DNA from: Salpingoeca rosetta
Lineage: Eukaryota; Protista; Choanoflagellata
Assembly (NCBI GenBank): GCA_033442325.1
Contig: JAWQFM010000009.1
Coordinates: forward strand, 1,736,351 to 1,800,350
DNA: 64,000 bases
Direction of reading: 5' to 3'
Shown: in pieces, positions 53,465 through 64,000 of the stretch
Position numbering within the stretch: the first letter of the stretch is position 1
Layout: the number at the start of each line of letters is the position of its first letter
The notes under the pieces: generated by a model
Database searches by the model: none
The model's input: only the letters and a program-made list of their open reading frames with translations
What the model was told of the DNA's origin: nothing
Made by a program: the position numbers and the translations under genes

Positions 53465-54599
53465 CATCTGTCTCGACACCCACGACGGTCTCATCACAAC
53501 ACCGCATGACGCACTTGATGTAGAATCCCGCGCCCTCAGCCAAGATCAGCTGGAAGTCCGGCGTCAGGTCTGCACGCGTCACAACACACGATGCTGAGAA
53601 GTTAGCAAGTGCCCACATGGCACTGACATTTCCAACACGGATGGACACAAACACATGTAACGTACAAAAACCGAGCACGACGAACAGCACATACACACAC
53701 ACACACACACACAAGCATGCACACACACAAACACACACACACACACAAGCATGCACACACACAAACATGCACACACATACACAAGCACGCACCGTCAGTC
53801 TCCTTTGGGTTGCGGCTGCGGCGCTGTCGGTAAAACTCCACCAACTTGTAGAACCCAACGCGCCACAACAGCTCAGGCTGGACAGGACGTACAGGATACA
53901 AGCGCAGGCGCAGGCGCATGCGTGAGCATGAGTACTTGTGCAAGCGCGCACGAGCACAAGTGTGGCGTGTTGACAGTGTTAAAACACCCCACACACCCAC
54001 AGACACACGGACACACGACGTACAAACACACAGCACTCGCATACATTCATATACACACAAGCAACAAGCACACGCCCCTCACCAAGGCCTTCTCGACGGC
54101 GAGCTGCGGGGCAGAGAGGATCGCCTGCTGACATTGGAAGCGGAACGCACGGATGCGCGGGAAAATCTCCGTGCGGTAGTCTGCATCCGCCAGCTTCCTT
54201 GGCGTCGCTTCCCCTACAGGTGCACACAAGAACACCAGTGAGTGTGTGTGTGTGTGTGTGAAATAAGCCGCATGGATGCTGGTGTGATGTTGCACGGCCA
54301 TTTTGGTTTCCAGCGAGAAAGCTGGGCTTCGCCATCTCACATGCGTATCCACGTGGCATTGCACACAGAGGCAAACATACACACACACATACACGTACAA
54401 CTGTGCACCTTTGAGGGCTTCAGCAGCATTCACGGCGTCTCTGAAATCCAGCACAAAGCAAACACGCCATCAATGCAAGCAGTTCAAACGAGCGAGGGAA
54501 ACCTTCATGTGTATGACCACGCGGACACTGCCCAGCTCAACCACTGCAAATAAAGCGCTTCCCTCCATCGTCATTCACGCACTCGATGACAGACGACAT
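49098..54599 (-). CDS. EST1/SMG5-6-7 family NMD factor; no PIN domain seen, so SMG7-like
   Basis: [79 protein letters not shown] are hallmarks of the EST1/EST1_DNA_bind domain. First exon MSSVIE is followed by a GTGCGT donor at 54582 and a TTTCAG acceptor at 54441. Last exon ...DHMQDQ* is inferred. Confidence 0.85.
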
Positions 54600-54605
54600 G
54601 GCTCT

Positions 54606-54839
54606 TCAGTTGTTGGAAGTAGAAGATGATGAGGCGGCCTGGTCCAACAGGGCTTGATTAGCGGCCTTCTCTGCTTCCAGCTCTGCCCGGCGCCGCTCAA
54701 ACTTCTCAACAGCGTCGTCCTTGCATCGCGCACAACCACGGCAATGCACGTGAGCGTGAGCTCAGCAGAAAAACAACACTCTGTCCATAAAGCTGCTGCA
54801 TTCACCCGTGTTCACACACGCACACAGACAGACAGACAG

Positions 54840-54909
<70 letters not shown>

Positions 54910-55022
54910 AGACTGACCAGGTACTGGTGGCGCTGCTCTTCCAAGAACTGAAAGCCGAAACCGCCGCCAATAAGGGTCCCAGCAAAGATGGCCAGCACCA
55001 AGACCGTCTTGTTCTTCGCCAT
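54606..55022 (-). CDS. 72-aa single-TM microprotein, 2 exons (55022-54918 and 54719-54606)
   Basis: MAKNKTVLVLAIFAGTLIGGGFGFQFLEEQRHQYL|DDAVEKFERRRAELEAEKAANQALLDQAASSSSTSNN*. Phase-0 GTCAGT...AAG intron filled with (GT)n; TM followed by a charged coiled-coil-like segment. Confidence 0.7.
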
Positions 55023-55307
55023 GAAGACCACCCAGTAAGCCACGCACAACACACAAGGCAAGAAGGCAAGCAAGCAAGCGGCAGCGAGCGAGCAGGTGAA
55101 GTTGGGAAAAATACACCAAGATATTGGTCATTTCTCGGCAACCTTTGGAGGAAGACGACAAACAAAACAAACATCACCACCACCTGCTGTGTCCTCGTCC
55201 ACACCTCCAGCCTCAACCCCGATCCATCAATTGATCCCCCCTCCCTTCATCCATCTGGACACGCGCGGTTTGACAGTAGAGACACGTGACAGAGCCCCCA
55301 AGCAAGG

Positions 55308-56012
55308 ATGCAGTCGCTGCGGGAAGCGCTGTTTCGCCGAAGCGAGGAGCCAGCTTCCTCCACATCGACAACGACAACGGACGGATCGTCATCGCCCGCA
55401 TCGTCGTCTTCAAGCGCACCGCACACGGGCAAGGAACAGGACGCCAAGCACAAGCCACATGCACAGGATGATGGAACCCATGCACAGTCACCCAAGAAGG
55501 CTACCCCGCGAGCCAAAGCCGTGCAGCAGGAGCAGCGCAGCAGATCAAGCTCCCTGTCCGCGATGTGGAGGAGGACCATTGGCTCCAGCGAACGGACGGA
55601 GCAGGAGGTGGCCCGGACCTTGCTGTCGCTCAACCCATTCACAGAGGTGCAACTCCTGATTCCAGACAGCGCATCTGTCACCAAGCTGCTCAAGCTGGAT
55701 GACCACCGCTTGCTCTCTGTGAGCGAGAACACGGCACAAGTCTGGAGCACAGACCACGCCCAGCTGCTCTCCACCCTGCAAAGCCACACACGACCCATCA
55801 CCTGCGCGGCGATGGTCCACAAGACAGTCGTCACCGCATCGCACGATGAGACCATCAGGCTATGGGATCCATCCTGCGGCGAGTGCAGAAACGTGAGTCA
55901 CATGGCGCCATCTGCCTTGTTGCGTGAGGGAGGATTGATTTGGTTCCTGTCGTTGGCTGCTGTACCTTTGATGTCATTCCAGCACGTGTTTGCATGCCTT
56001 CAGCGTGTGCGT

Positions 56013-56052
<40 letters not shown>

Positions 56053-57982
56053 TGTACGCTCACAAAACACGTTCACTTTCTGCCTATGGCGCACGTACAC
56101 CGACACGAAACATACCCGACGACGCGCACGCCAGACCATCTCCGTGCCGGACGACGTGATCCGGGTGCTGGCGCCCGTGAACGACACGACATTTTGCTGT
56201 GGCGGCCAGCAGCTGTATGTGTTCAGCTGCCACGGCAAACTCGTGGCAAAAGCGCCGCAAGAGAACCCGGACCTCGCCTTCCACACGCTGCTGGTGTTGC
56301 GCCGTAACCAGACCATATTGGGCGTCGTCACAGACTCGCACCAGATCTGGGAGATTGCGCTTGATGGAGAAGGGACACTGGCACCATATGTGAGCGGGGA
56401 CCACAGGGAACATGGCTCCATCTTAAAGCCGCGGCAACTCAAGCGCGACCACGAACGCCCCATCACGTGTCTTGCGGAAATCACCGAGAACCTGTTTGCA
56501 TCCGGCTGTAAGGACGGCTCCGTGTTTCTGTGGCTGGCGCGCTCGCTCACGCTGTGTAAGGTGCTGGTGAATGCCCCCGAGGTGTTTTACGATGAGGCAA
56601 CAAAGCTGTACACACGCTCCGTCAACTTTATTCTGCCGCTCCCAAACCAACACGCCGCCATCGCCCTCAAGAACGGCTTTCTCGTGGTGCGTGTGTATGT
56701 GTGTGTGTGTGCAGATGCAGTTGTGTGTGTGTGTGTGTGGGTAGACGCAGATGTGTGTGTCTGCGTCTGTGTCTGTGTGTCTCTGTGTATTTCTGTGTCT
56801 GTGTTTGCAGATGTACTTGTGTGCAGCTGCATAAATGACTGCTCACTTACCAACACATCATCACTCAATCAATGCACATGACAGGTGTCCATCCAAGATC
56901 GAACAGTATGTGCTGAGGTAAGCCCGTCCCATGTTGCCTTTGCATGTTGGTTTGCTCTGCTGCACTTGTGCTTTGCCATGACAAGGTCAACTATCATGCG
57001 TTGAACGCATACACACGCACGCACGAATGCACACACACGCACACACACACACACACCATCACACGCACACCATCGCACGCACATTCACATTCTCTGTCAA
57101 TCACAAACCACGCTCCCATTGCTGGTGATCAGGTGGAGGACGCACATCTGGGAGAAATCCACAAGATGGCCCTCATTCACAACGGCCACTTCCTCCTCAC
57201 ATGCAGCTCAGATGCAGTCAAGCTTTGGTGAGCCGTGTTGTGTCGTGCGGCGCACACAACAAATAACACAGCGAGATGCATGGACGTATGGATGCATGGA
57301 TGCATGTGTTTACTCACACGAAAACACACACACACACACACGCACGCACGCACACATGCACGGGTGCATGTTGTTGCAGGTGCATATCGCAGTTTGCGCT
57401 CAACGCAGCGCCGCGCTCTGGTGAACAAATGTGCAAATTGCTCGTACAGTCGCTGTCAACAGCAGAGAACCCACCACCGGGGCAGCAGCACACCACGCAC
57501 GACACAGGCGCCCTCCCTCGCCCCCTACGCAAGAACATGGGCACCCTCGACCCCCACAGGCCGCTGTGTATTGGCGAGATGAAGGTGCACGCGGACCCCA
57601 TCGCAGACTGCGAAACCATAAGCTCGTACATGTTCGCAACCTGCAGCTCAGAACAGGTGCGTTGCTGTGGACTGTGTTGTGCTTGTGTGTGTGTGTGTGT
57701 GAGTATATGTGTGTGTTTGTTTGTGCTTGTTTGTGTTTCTTTGTTTGTGTTTCTTTGCTTGTGTGCGTACACTTGCATGAAAGCGTGTGATCCTCATCTG
57801 TCACGTTTGTTTGGTGCACTCGCTATCCCATTTCAGCCCTCACCTTCCCTCTCCCCTCCTCACCTCACTGCCCCCCCCCCCCTCGGTCGCAGATGATTTG
57901 CTTGTGGAAGAACGGGGCGTATTCGTGGAGAAACGCAAACTTGCTGGCAACGCGCGAGCTCAAGGACTCGTTCAGATTTTAA
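55308..57982 (+). CDS. WDR41: WD40-repeat protein, WDR41-like
   Basis: NPFTEVQLL...[12 protein letters not shown]...[21 protein letters not shown] and C-terminal [10 protein letters not shown]...ICLWKNG match remembered WDR41 motifs (NPYTEL...LDDYRFAS; ILWKNG). Confidence 0.8.
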
Positions 57983-58153
57983 CGCGCTTGAAGGCTCCAT
58001 GTACAAATGCCCTCCTTACTCCAAGCATGTTGCTTGTGCTCTCTGCTGTCTGAGCTTGTGATGCGCAACACACACACACTTTCCGTCCGCATTTCTGTGT
58101 TGACGAGTGCTGGTCACTCGAAGAACCGCACATGTACCAGTTTGCTCGTTGCG

Positions 58154-58849
58154 TCAAGTGAACTCGTGAATAGTCCAGTTGTATATCTCCCTCATCAACC
58201 TCGCCTGCTGCGCAGCCATGGTCTGAGTGATCGTTTGCGCAAGTGCCGTGAGCTGCGTGAGAATGATGTGTGTGCATACGTGAGCATGATGTGTGTGTGT
58301 GCATGCATGCGTGTGTCTGTGTGTCTGTGTGTGTGTGTGTGTGCATGCATGCGTGTGCATGTCGTCTTCCCCCTCCTCCACCTTCCACACTTCCCTCCAC
58401 ATTGATCCACGCCCACGTCGTCCGTCTCCAATCCATGCAATGCCGCAGCCAGTGCAGACAAAGAGCGAGACAACCAGCCCATCTCATCTACCTTGTGTGT
58501 CTCTCTCACACACAAATACACACACATACACACACACACAACTACACACACAACTACACAACTACACACACAAACACACACACACACACACTCCCTCTCC
58601 CTCTCTCTCGCCACACCTCCAACTCACTTGCTTCCACCACCCTGACCACCTGCAACAGCGCCTGCGTTGTCTTGGCTTCCTTCTTGCGCGCGCCCAAACA
58701 AAACACGTCCAGGCAAACATTTGCCAATTGCAAGTAACGGCACAAGTGCAATTGGCAAAAACCAGCCTCAAACACAAACACAAACACAAACAAACACGCG
58801 CTGTTGTTGTTTGTTCACTGTGCACAGCTGCTGGCTGGATCGGAATCAT
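58154..58849 (-). CDS. Possible small spliced gene of unknown function
   Basis: In-phase GT-AG splicing gives KEAKTTQALLQVVRVVEANEMGWLSRSLSALAAALHGLETDDLTALAQTITQTMAAQQARLMREIYNWTIHEFT*. The start is uncertain. Confidence 0.4.
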
Positions 58850-59277
58850 GTTCCCCTCTCCCTCCCCGTCTTCTCTTCAGCTGTCAACACACACAGAGAC
58901 AGGCACACACAACAAACACACACACACACACGCACACACACCAAACACACACACAGCAAGCAAACTCTCTTGTTTCCCCATCTTCCCGTTGTGGCTGTGT
59001 TTGTTCATGAGCGTATGATGAGAGCATGGCAGTGCAAGCCGATGCGGATCCCTTTGAGCTGTCTCACGACCAAGTGACAGATGATCGTGCCCCCGGCTGT
59101 CATGTGTGACACGCGCGCGCTTCGTGCTTGAAGGCAAGTGCGTGGTTGCATGTGGTTGCATTCACTGCATCGTGCATGCACCGCAGCAACCACAACACAG
59201 GAACGCAACAACAAGCTTGCTCACCGCGTGTCGTTACCTCCTACACACACGCACGCACACACACACACATACTTACG

Positions 59278-59320
<43 letters not shown>

Positions 59321-59655
59321 ACACACACACTTACACACACAGGCAAGGTGCCGATCCTGCTGCCCTTCCTCACCGCCACTTCACCCCCATTTGTTTGCAC
59401 TGTCACGTTAGGGGACACTGCTGGCTGTTGAAGTGCATGTGAGGCAGCATTTCCGCGTCGCACACACAGCAGCACATCGCCACCCGGAGCTGCACCCGCC
59501 ACCATTGTCATTTCACTGCTGACACGCTTCAGCTGCAGATCACACAGCAAAGTCTGTCACCCCCAACAGCCACCACTGCCGCACAGAGACATACACAGAT
59601 CAGCAGTCACAGACACGTCGGATACCAGGCCTATCCTTCGTTAGCCTACCCACCA

Positions 59656-62600
59656 TGGCTTCTGCACGAAGCCATCTTCGCCTGGTTGCCTGGGCAGTGC
59701 TTGCCACGCTTGTCTTGGGCTTCACAGGTGCGTCTTGGAGAAGGAGGAGGAGGAGGAGTGCTGATGCAGTGTCCCTGTCTTCCTGCCCTCCTGCTGTGCC
59801 GTGCGTGTTTGCCTGCAGCTACCCCTGCACGACACCTCCAAACGCAACAAGTGTTGCCTGTATTCCACCACAACATCCCCTTCCTTGCCCCTGCGCTTCA
59901 ACCCAACACTCAAGCAACACTTCTCAATCTCACCTGCCTCACCATCGCCACTGCACACCTCACCATCACCTTCTCCCCACCACACCACCGCCAGCAACCA
60001 ATGCGCTCCGGCTCCGCTTCGACCCGGACTACAGCCCGCCGTCTGTGGCGGAGGCCACAGCAAACCCGCGCCGCTACCGCGCATACAACCGGCCCGTCCT
60101 CTCCCACATCCTGCGCCCAATCAAGGTGCGCATTGAGGACGACAACGGCAACCTGGTGACCTCTGGGCCAGACTCCGAGCTCGCTGTGACGCTCTTCGCG
60201 GAGTCGGCCTTCCTTGGCGGCGTCATCTTCCCCGATGAGACGCCCGTGGCAAACGCAATCACAGACGCAGGCAGCCAGATGCTGTATGCCACGTCTGGCA
60301 GCGAGCACCCGTACCAGGAGGACCACCGCACCATCCGCCAGGACCCCTACGAGACACGCGCGGTCGGCGGCGTCGCCACGTTCCCGCCCTTCTTCGCCAC
60401 AACGCCCACCGTGTTTGTGGAGAACGCCACCACGGGGTACCCCTACGTTGGCGGGCAGGATGTGCTCATCAACGGCGCGTGCTGCAAGAGCATCTGGCGC
60501 GCCGCAACCTCGGACCCGACCAAGGCCTCCGCCATCGTCAGCAACCCGTACCACGTCTTCCGTGAGTTGACACAGCTTGCTTGCACGTTTGTCTGTCTGT
60601 CTGATGCGTTTGTGCTGGCGTGTGGTGTGAGTGCATGTATGCGTGCATGCCCTTGTGCTGTGCGTGCATGAGCACGTGTGTGTTGCTGTGTTGTGCGTGC
60701 TGTGGTGTGCTTGTTTGTACGTGTGCCATTGTTGCTGCCAATCTGCGTAGCATAATACTTTAATGCTGCGATCCTTGCGGTTTGTTCACATACTTTAGCC
60801 ACCCGACCCTTATGGGGTGTACTCATACCCGGTTTCTAGAAGATAGCGGACGCCTGATTCACTTCTCATTCTCCGGAAAGAGACTTTTGGAGAAGCTTCG
60901 GGGAAAGAAGGAAGGTCCGTATCATGTATCTGTGTTCATGTCCGTGTCCGCGTCCGTACTCCCTCTTCAAGCAACTCGTTGGCCTGTCCCACCACACAGC
61001 TCACACAACTCCATCCCCCCATCTTTGTATTCATCATGGCTAGGTGCGGCTGATGTCGCTCAACTACCAACAGCGCGACGCCGACGGCAACCCGACCCCA
61101 ATCCCGCTCCTCCACGGCGCAGACACAGACGTCGACATCCAGCTCAGCGTCGCATGGGTGCGTGTGTTGTGTGTGTGTGTGTGTGTAGCTATCTGTCCAT
61201 TTGCTCCGCCCGTCTTCTCTTCGTTCCCTCCAGCTGATGTGCACACACACATACACGCACACGCTCACACACACATACACGCTCACACACACATACACAT
61301 TCAATCCACACCCCGCCTCACAATCCACCCCCCCCCCCGTCAAACCAAACAGGACCGGAAGATTGTTGCTGCGGACCCGCCGGCAAACATCTCTGTCAAT
61401 GGCATGAACAGCGCGCGCCTGCTGTACTCCGAGGTTGAGCTGCACGGGCCCGGGGTCACCACCATCTTCACCGACGACCTCGCTGTGCGCAAGCGCGCGT
61501 CGCTGCTGCCGAGCGGCTACTACGGCGCTGTCTTCGAGGGCATCCACTTCAAGAAGGCCGTGCACAACCTGCGCCTCAACTTCACCATCACCCACCCTGG
61601 CGGCGAGCCATACTACCTTGACCTGACCACCCACGACGTGCAGAACCCCGAGCCGTACTCGCGCGCGGGCATGGGCTTCCCCGAGCTGCCGCCGCTGACG
61701 CAGTACACGCTGTTCAAGTCGCGCCCGCCGGAGGAGCAGTCGCAGTATGTCACGGACGAGGAGTTCCGGCCCGTCCGCGACCTGTACCCGTCCGTGTACG
61801 AGGGCTACGAGACACACGCCATGCTCTTCATGCGCGACATTGGCACGTCCGAGATGGGCCTGTCGTGCGATCTGGTGGAGGACGAGCGTCGGCGCGCGTG
61901 GTGCCTGCAGTCCGGCTACACCCTCAACGTCACCGGCGACACGGGCCCGGGCGTCCTCGTCTCAGCGCCCTTCAACGTCACGGGCCGTGATGCAAGCGAG
62001 CTGCGCATTTCGTGGGCAAAGCCCCTGGACGACATGCCAGAGGTCATCACCTTTCCCATGTGGCACCCGCTGCACCTGGAGCTGTACGATGCAGAGGGCA
62101 AGCACGTTGTGGACGGGCCAGACGCGTTCCTGGACGTCTCCGTTGCTGCACTGGCCCTCAACTCTGCCAACGTCTCTGATGTTGCCGGCACGGCGCAGCT
62201 GTGCGACCCGGCGGTCAGCGACACCATCACGCTGGCGCATGGGCGGGTCAAGTTCAAGCACGGCGTGTGTGAGCCCGTGGACCACGTTGCTCTTGAGTTT
62301 ACCGCCACCACCACCAAGGGCGCTTTTCTTCGCGCCGTCACCATCCCCTTCGTCGTCCAGGGTGTGTGTGTGTGTGTGGGTGTGTGTGAATGTGTGTGGG
62401 TCTGTGTGTGTGTGTGTGTTGTGTGAATGTTGGTGTGTGTGTGTGTTCATTGTGCGAATGTGGGGGTGAATGTGTGTGTGTGTGTGTGGAGTGTGTTTCG
62501 CAGCATGTATGTGTGCATTCGGTAGTCTTGGAACACATGATATATGCGTGGGTTTGCGTTGTGTTCTCCGCGTGTTGCTTCTTTTCCTCGCCTTGTCCAA

Positions 62601-64000
62601 ACCGCCCTCCACTCCACTCACTCCACTCATTCCACTCACACCACTCACACCACTCATTCCACTCACTCCACCACCACAACCACGATCTTGTTACAGCCGA
62701 CATTCCGTTTGGCATCATGCTTCCCGTCGAGGCCTCCACCAGCCCCTTCAACGTCGACACGCGCGCGCTGCGCATGTTCTTTGAGCAGCCCGTGCTTGGC
62801 TTCAACGGCAAAGGTCCTGCCGATCGCACGTTTGGCCACACGGACTCTCGCATCGACGTCCACTACATCGACACCCGCGGCACTGAGCTCGAAGTCCTCG
62901 CCGTGAGTTTGCTTCTACTTCTGCTTCTGCTTCTGTTTGGTGGCTTTGCGTGTGTGGTGTGTGTGTGTGTTGATGTATGCACCTGTATGTGTGTGCGCGC
63001 ATGAAAAGTTTTGTTGCGTGCTTCCTCGTAACGTTGTGACTTGTGCACTGATGTTGTGGTGTTTGCAATGCGATTGAGCGCCTTCTCACAACAGCAATAC
63101 AAACACACACACAACCACACACATAAAATGCACACACATGCCCGTCTTGAACCAGGCGCTTGACGAGGCGCGCAACACCCACCGCATCCGCATGTTCAAC
63201 GGGCCCTTCAGGAAGGAGCATGCCGAGACAGTCGCGCAGTGGATCTCGCACACAGCATCCGTACGTCCACATTGCTGGCCACCCTTGCTTGTTTCAATCA
63301 CGCCAAGCAACAAACATGCACACGAGTGCGCACCAACAGCAAACATCCACAAGCACACTCAAAGACACACAAACAACAACCCAAATGCACAAATGCCCCC
63401 ATTCCCTCACTAACGTCCTCACTCACTCAATACGCACTCACTCTCACCATCCCCCCTCCCCCTCCCCTCCGCCTTTCAGGACTTTTGCGCGTTTACGTTC
63501 TTTGGATCGACGGAAGACCTGCGGAACCGGCGGCGCTTCCCCAACATCTGGCGCTTTGGCTTTGGCGAGGAGATGTACTACAAGGCCCTGGTCGACAGCA
63601 TGGCAAACAAGATGTGGCGCAAGATCATTGTGGTGCACAGCCGCGAGAGCACGACGTTCACAGACGCGTTCTACCGGTCGCTGCGGCAGGCCGGCATCGA
63701 CGTGGTTGCGGACGTGAAGATCCCCGACGCCGTGGTGGAGAGCGGCGGGTCGCTCATGCCGTACCTGCGCGAGATCAAGGACACCGGGTACAAGGTCATC
63801 CTGACAAACGTGCGGGACAAGATGGCGCAGCGGCTCTTCACGGACTTTATTGAGGCGGAGGTGGACGCGTCGCACGGGTACCAGTGGGTTGGCACGGAGC
63901 CCACGCTGCAGACGCTGGACCTGCTCACGCTGCCGGGACCCGCACATCCACCTGGCGGGCGCGCAGTTCCTGACGCCGATGTACGGTCTTGGGCGCGGGG
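59656..64000 (+). CDS. Large secreted/surface receptor: signal peptide, repeated beta-rich modules and an ANF_receptor (Venus flytrap) domain; 3'-partial
   Basis: Signal MASARSHLRLVAWAVLATLVLGFT. VFT-like motifs FGIMLP, HYIDTRG, FNGPF, LRNRRRFPNIWR, WRKIIVV, LREIKDTGYKVIL, HGYQWVG. Long GC3-rich exons. Confidence 0.8.

Noticed and set aside
54606-54608. In-frame TGA as selenocysteine or programmed readthrough
   Set aside because: The context is TGA-AGA, not the TGA-CTA readthrough motif. No SECIS was recognised, and a good GCCATG follows.
60780-60930. U3, H/ACA snoRNA or hammerhead ribozyme
   Set aside because: Required boxes are missing (no terminal ACA, no CUGANGA core, no U3 box A).

Overview
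Eukaryotic, intron-dense, microsatellite-rich DNA with GT-AG introns and one 100-N assembly gap. The (GT)n/(CA)n-filled introns, polyQ/polyD exons and holozoan gene set suggest a choanoflagellate such as Salpingoeca rosetta (inference). Spliced genes reconstructed by eye, in order: TRAPPC10-like (5'-partial), 6-phosphofructokinase, GH20 beta-hexosaminidase, three small Cys-rich orphan paralogs, an intronless frameshifted ZIP-family transporter, a 5'-truncated RLE-type non-LTR retrotransposon beside tRNA-Ala(TGC), a CDC48/AFG2-like AAA protein, tRNA-Ala(CGC), SCO1, PACRG, C2CD5, an EST1/SMG7-like NMD factor preceded by a 72-aa TM microprotein ORF, WDR41, a possible small unknown gene, and a 3'-partial large receptor with a Venus-flytrap domain. 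Most entries in the ORF track are microsatellite artefacts. Top leads: (1) a trio of unrecognised Zn-finger-like proteins with shared ATGACGTCATG promoter palindromes; (2) a microprotein ORF whose stop lies 6 nt, in frame, before the SMG7-like ATG; (3) a retroelement just downstream of a tRNA gene; (4) two alternative PFK first exons, one with a hairpin that masks its own 5' splice site. All family calls come from remembered motifs; no searches were run.
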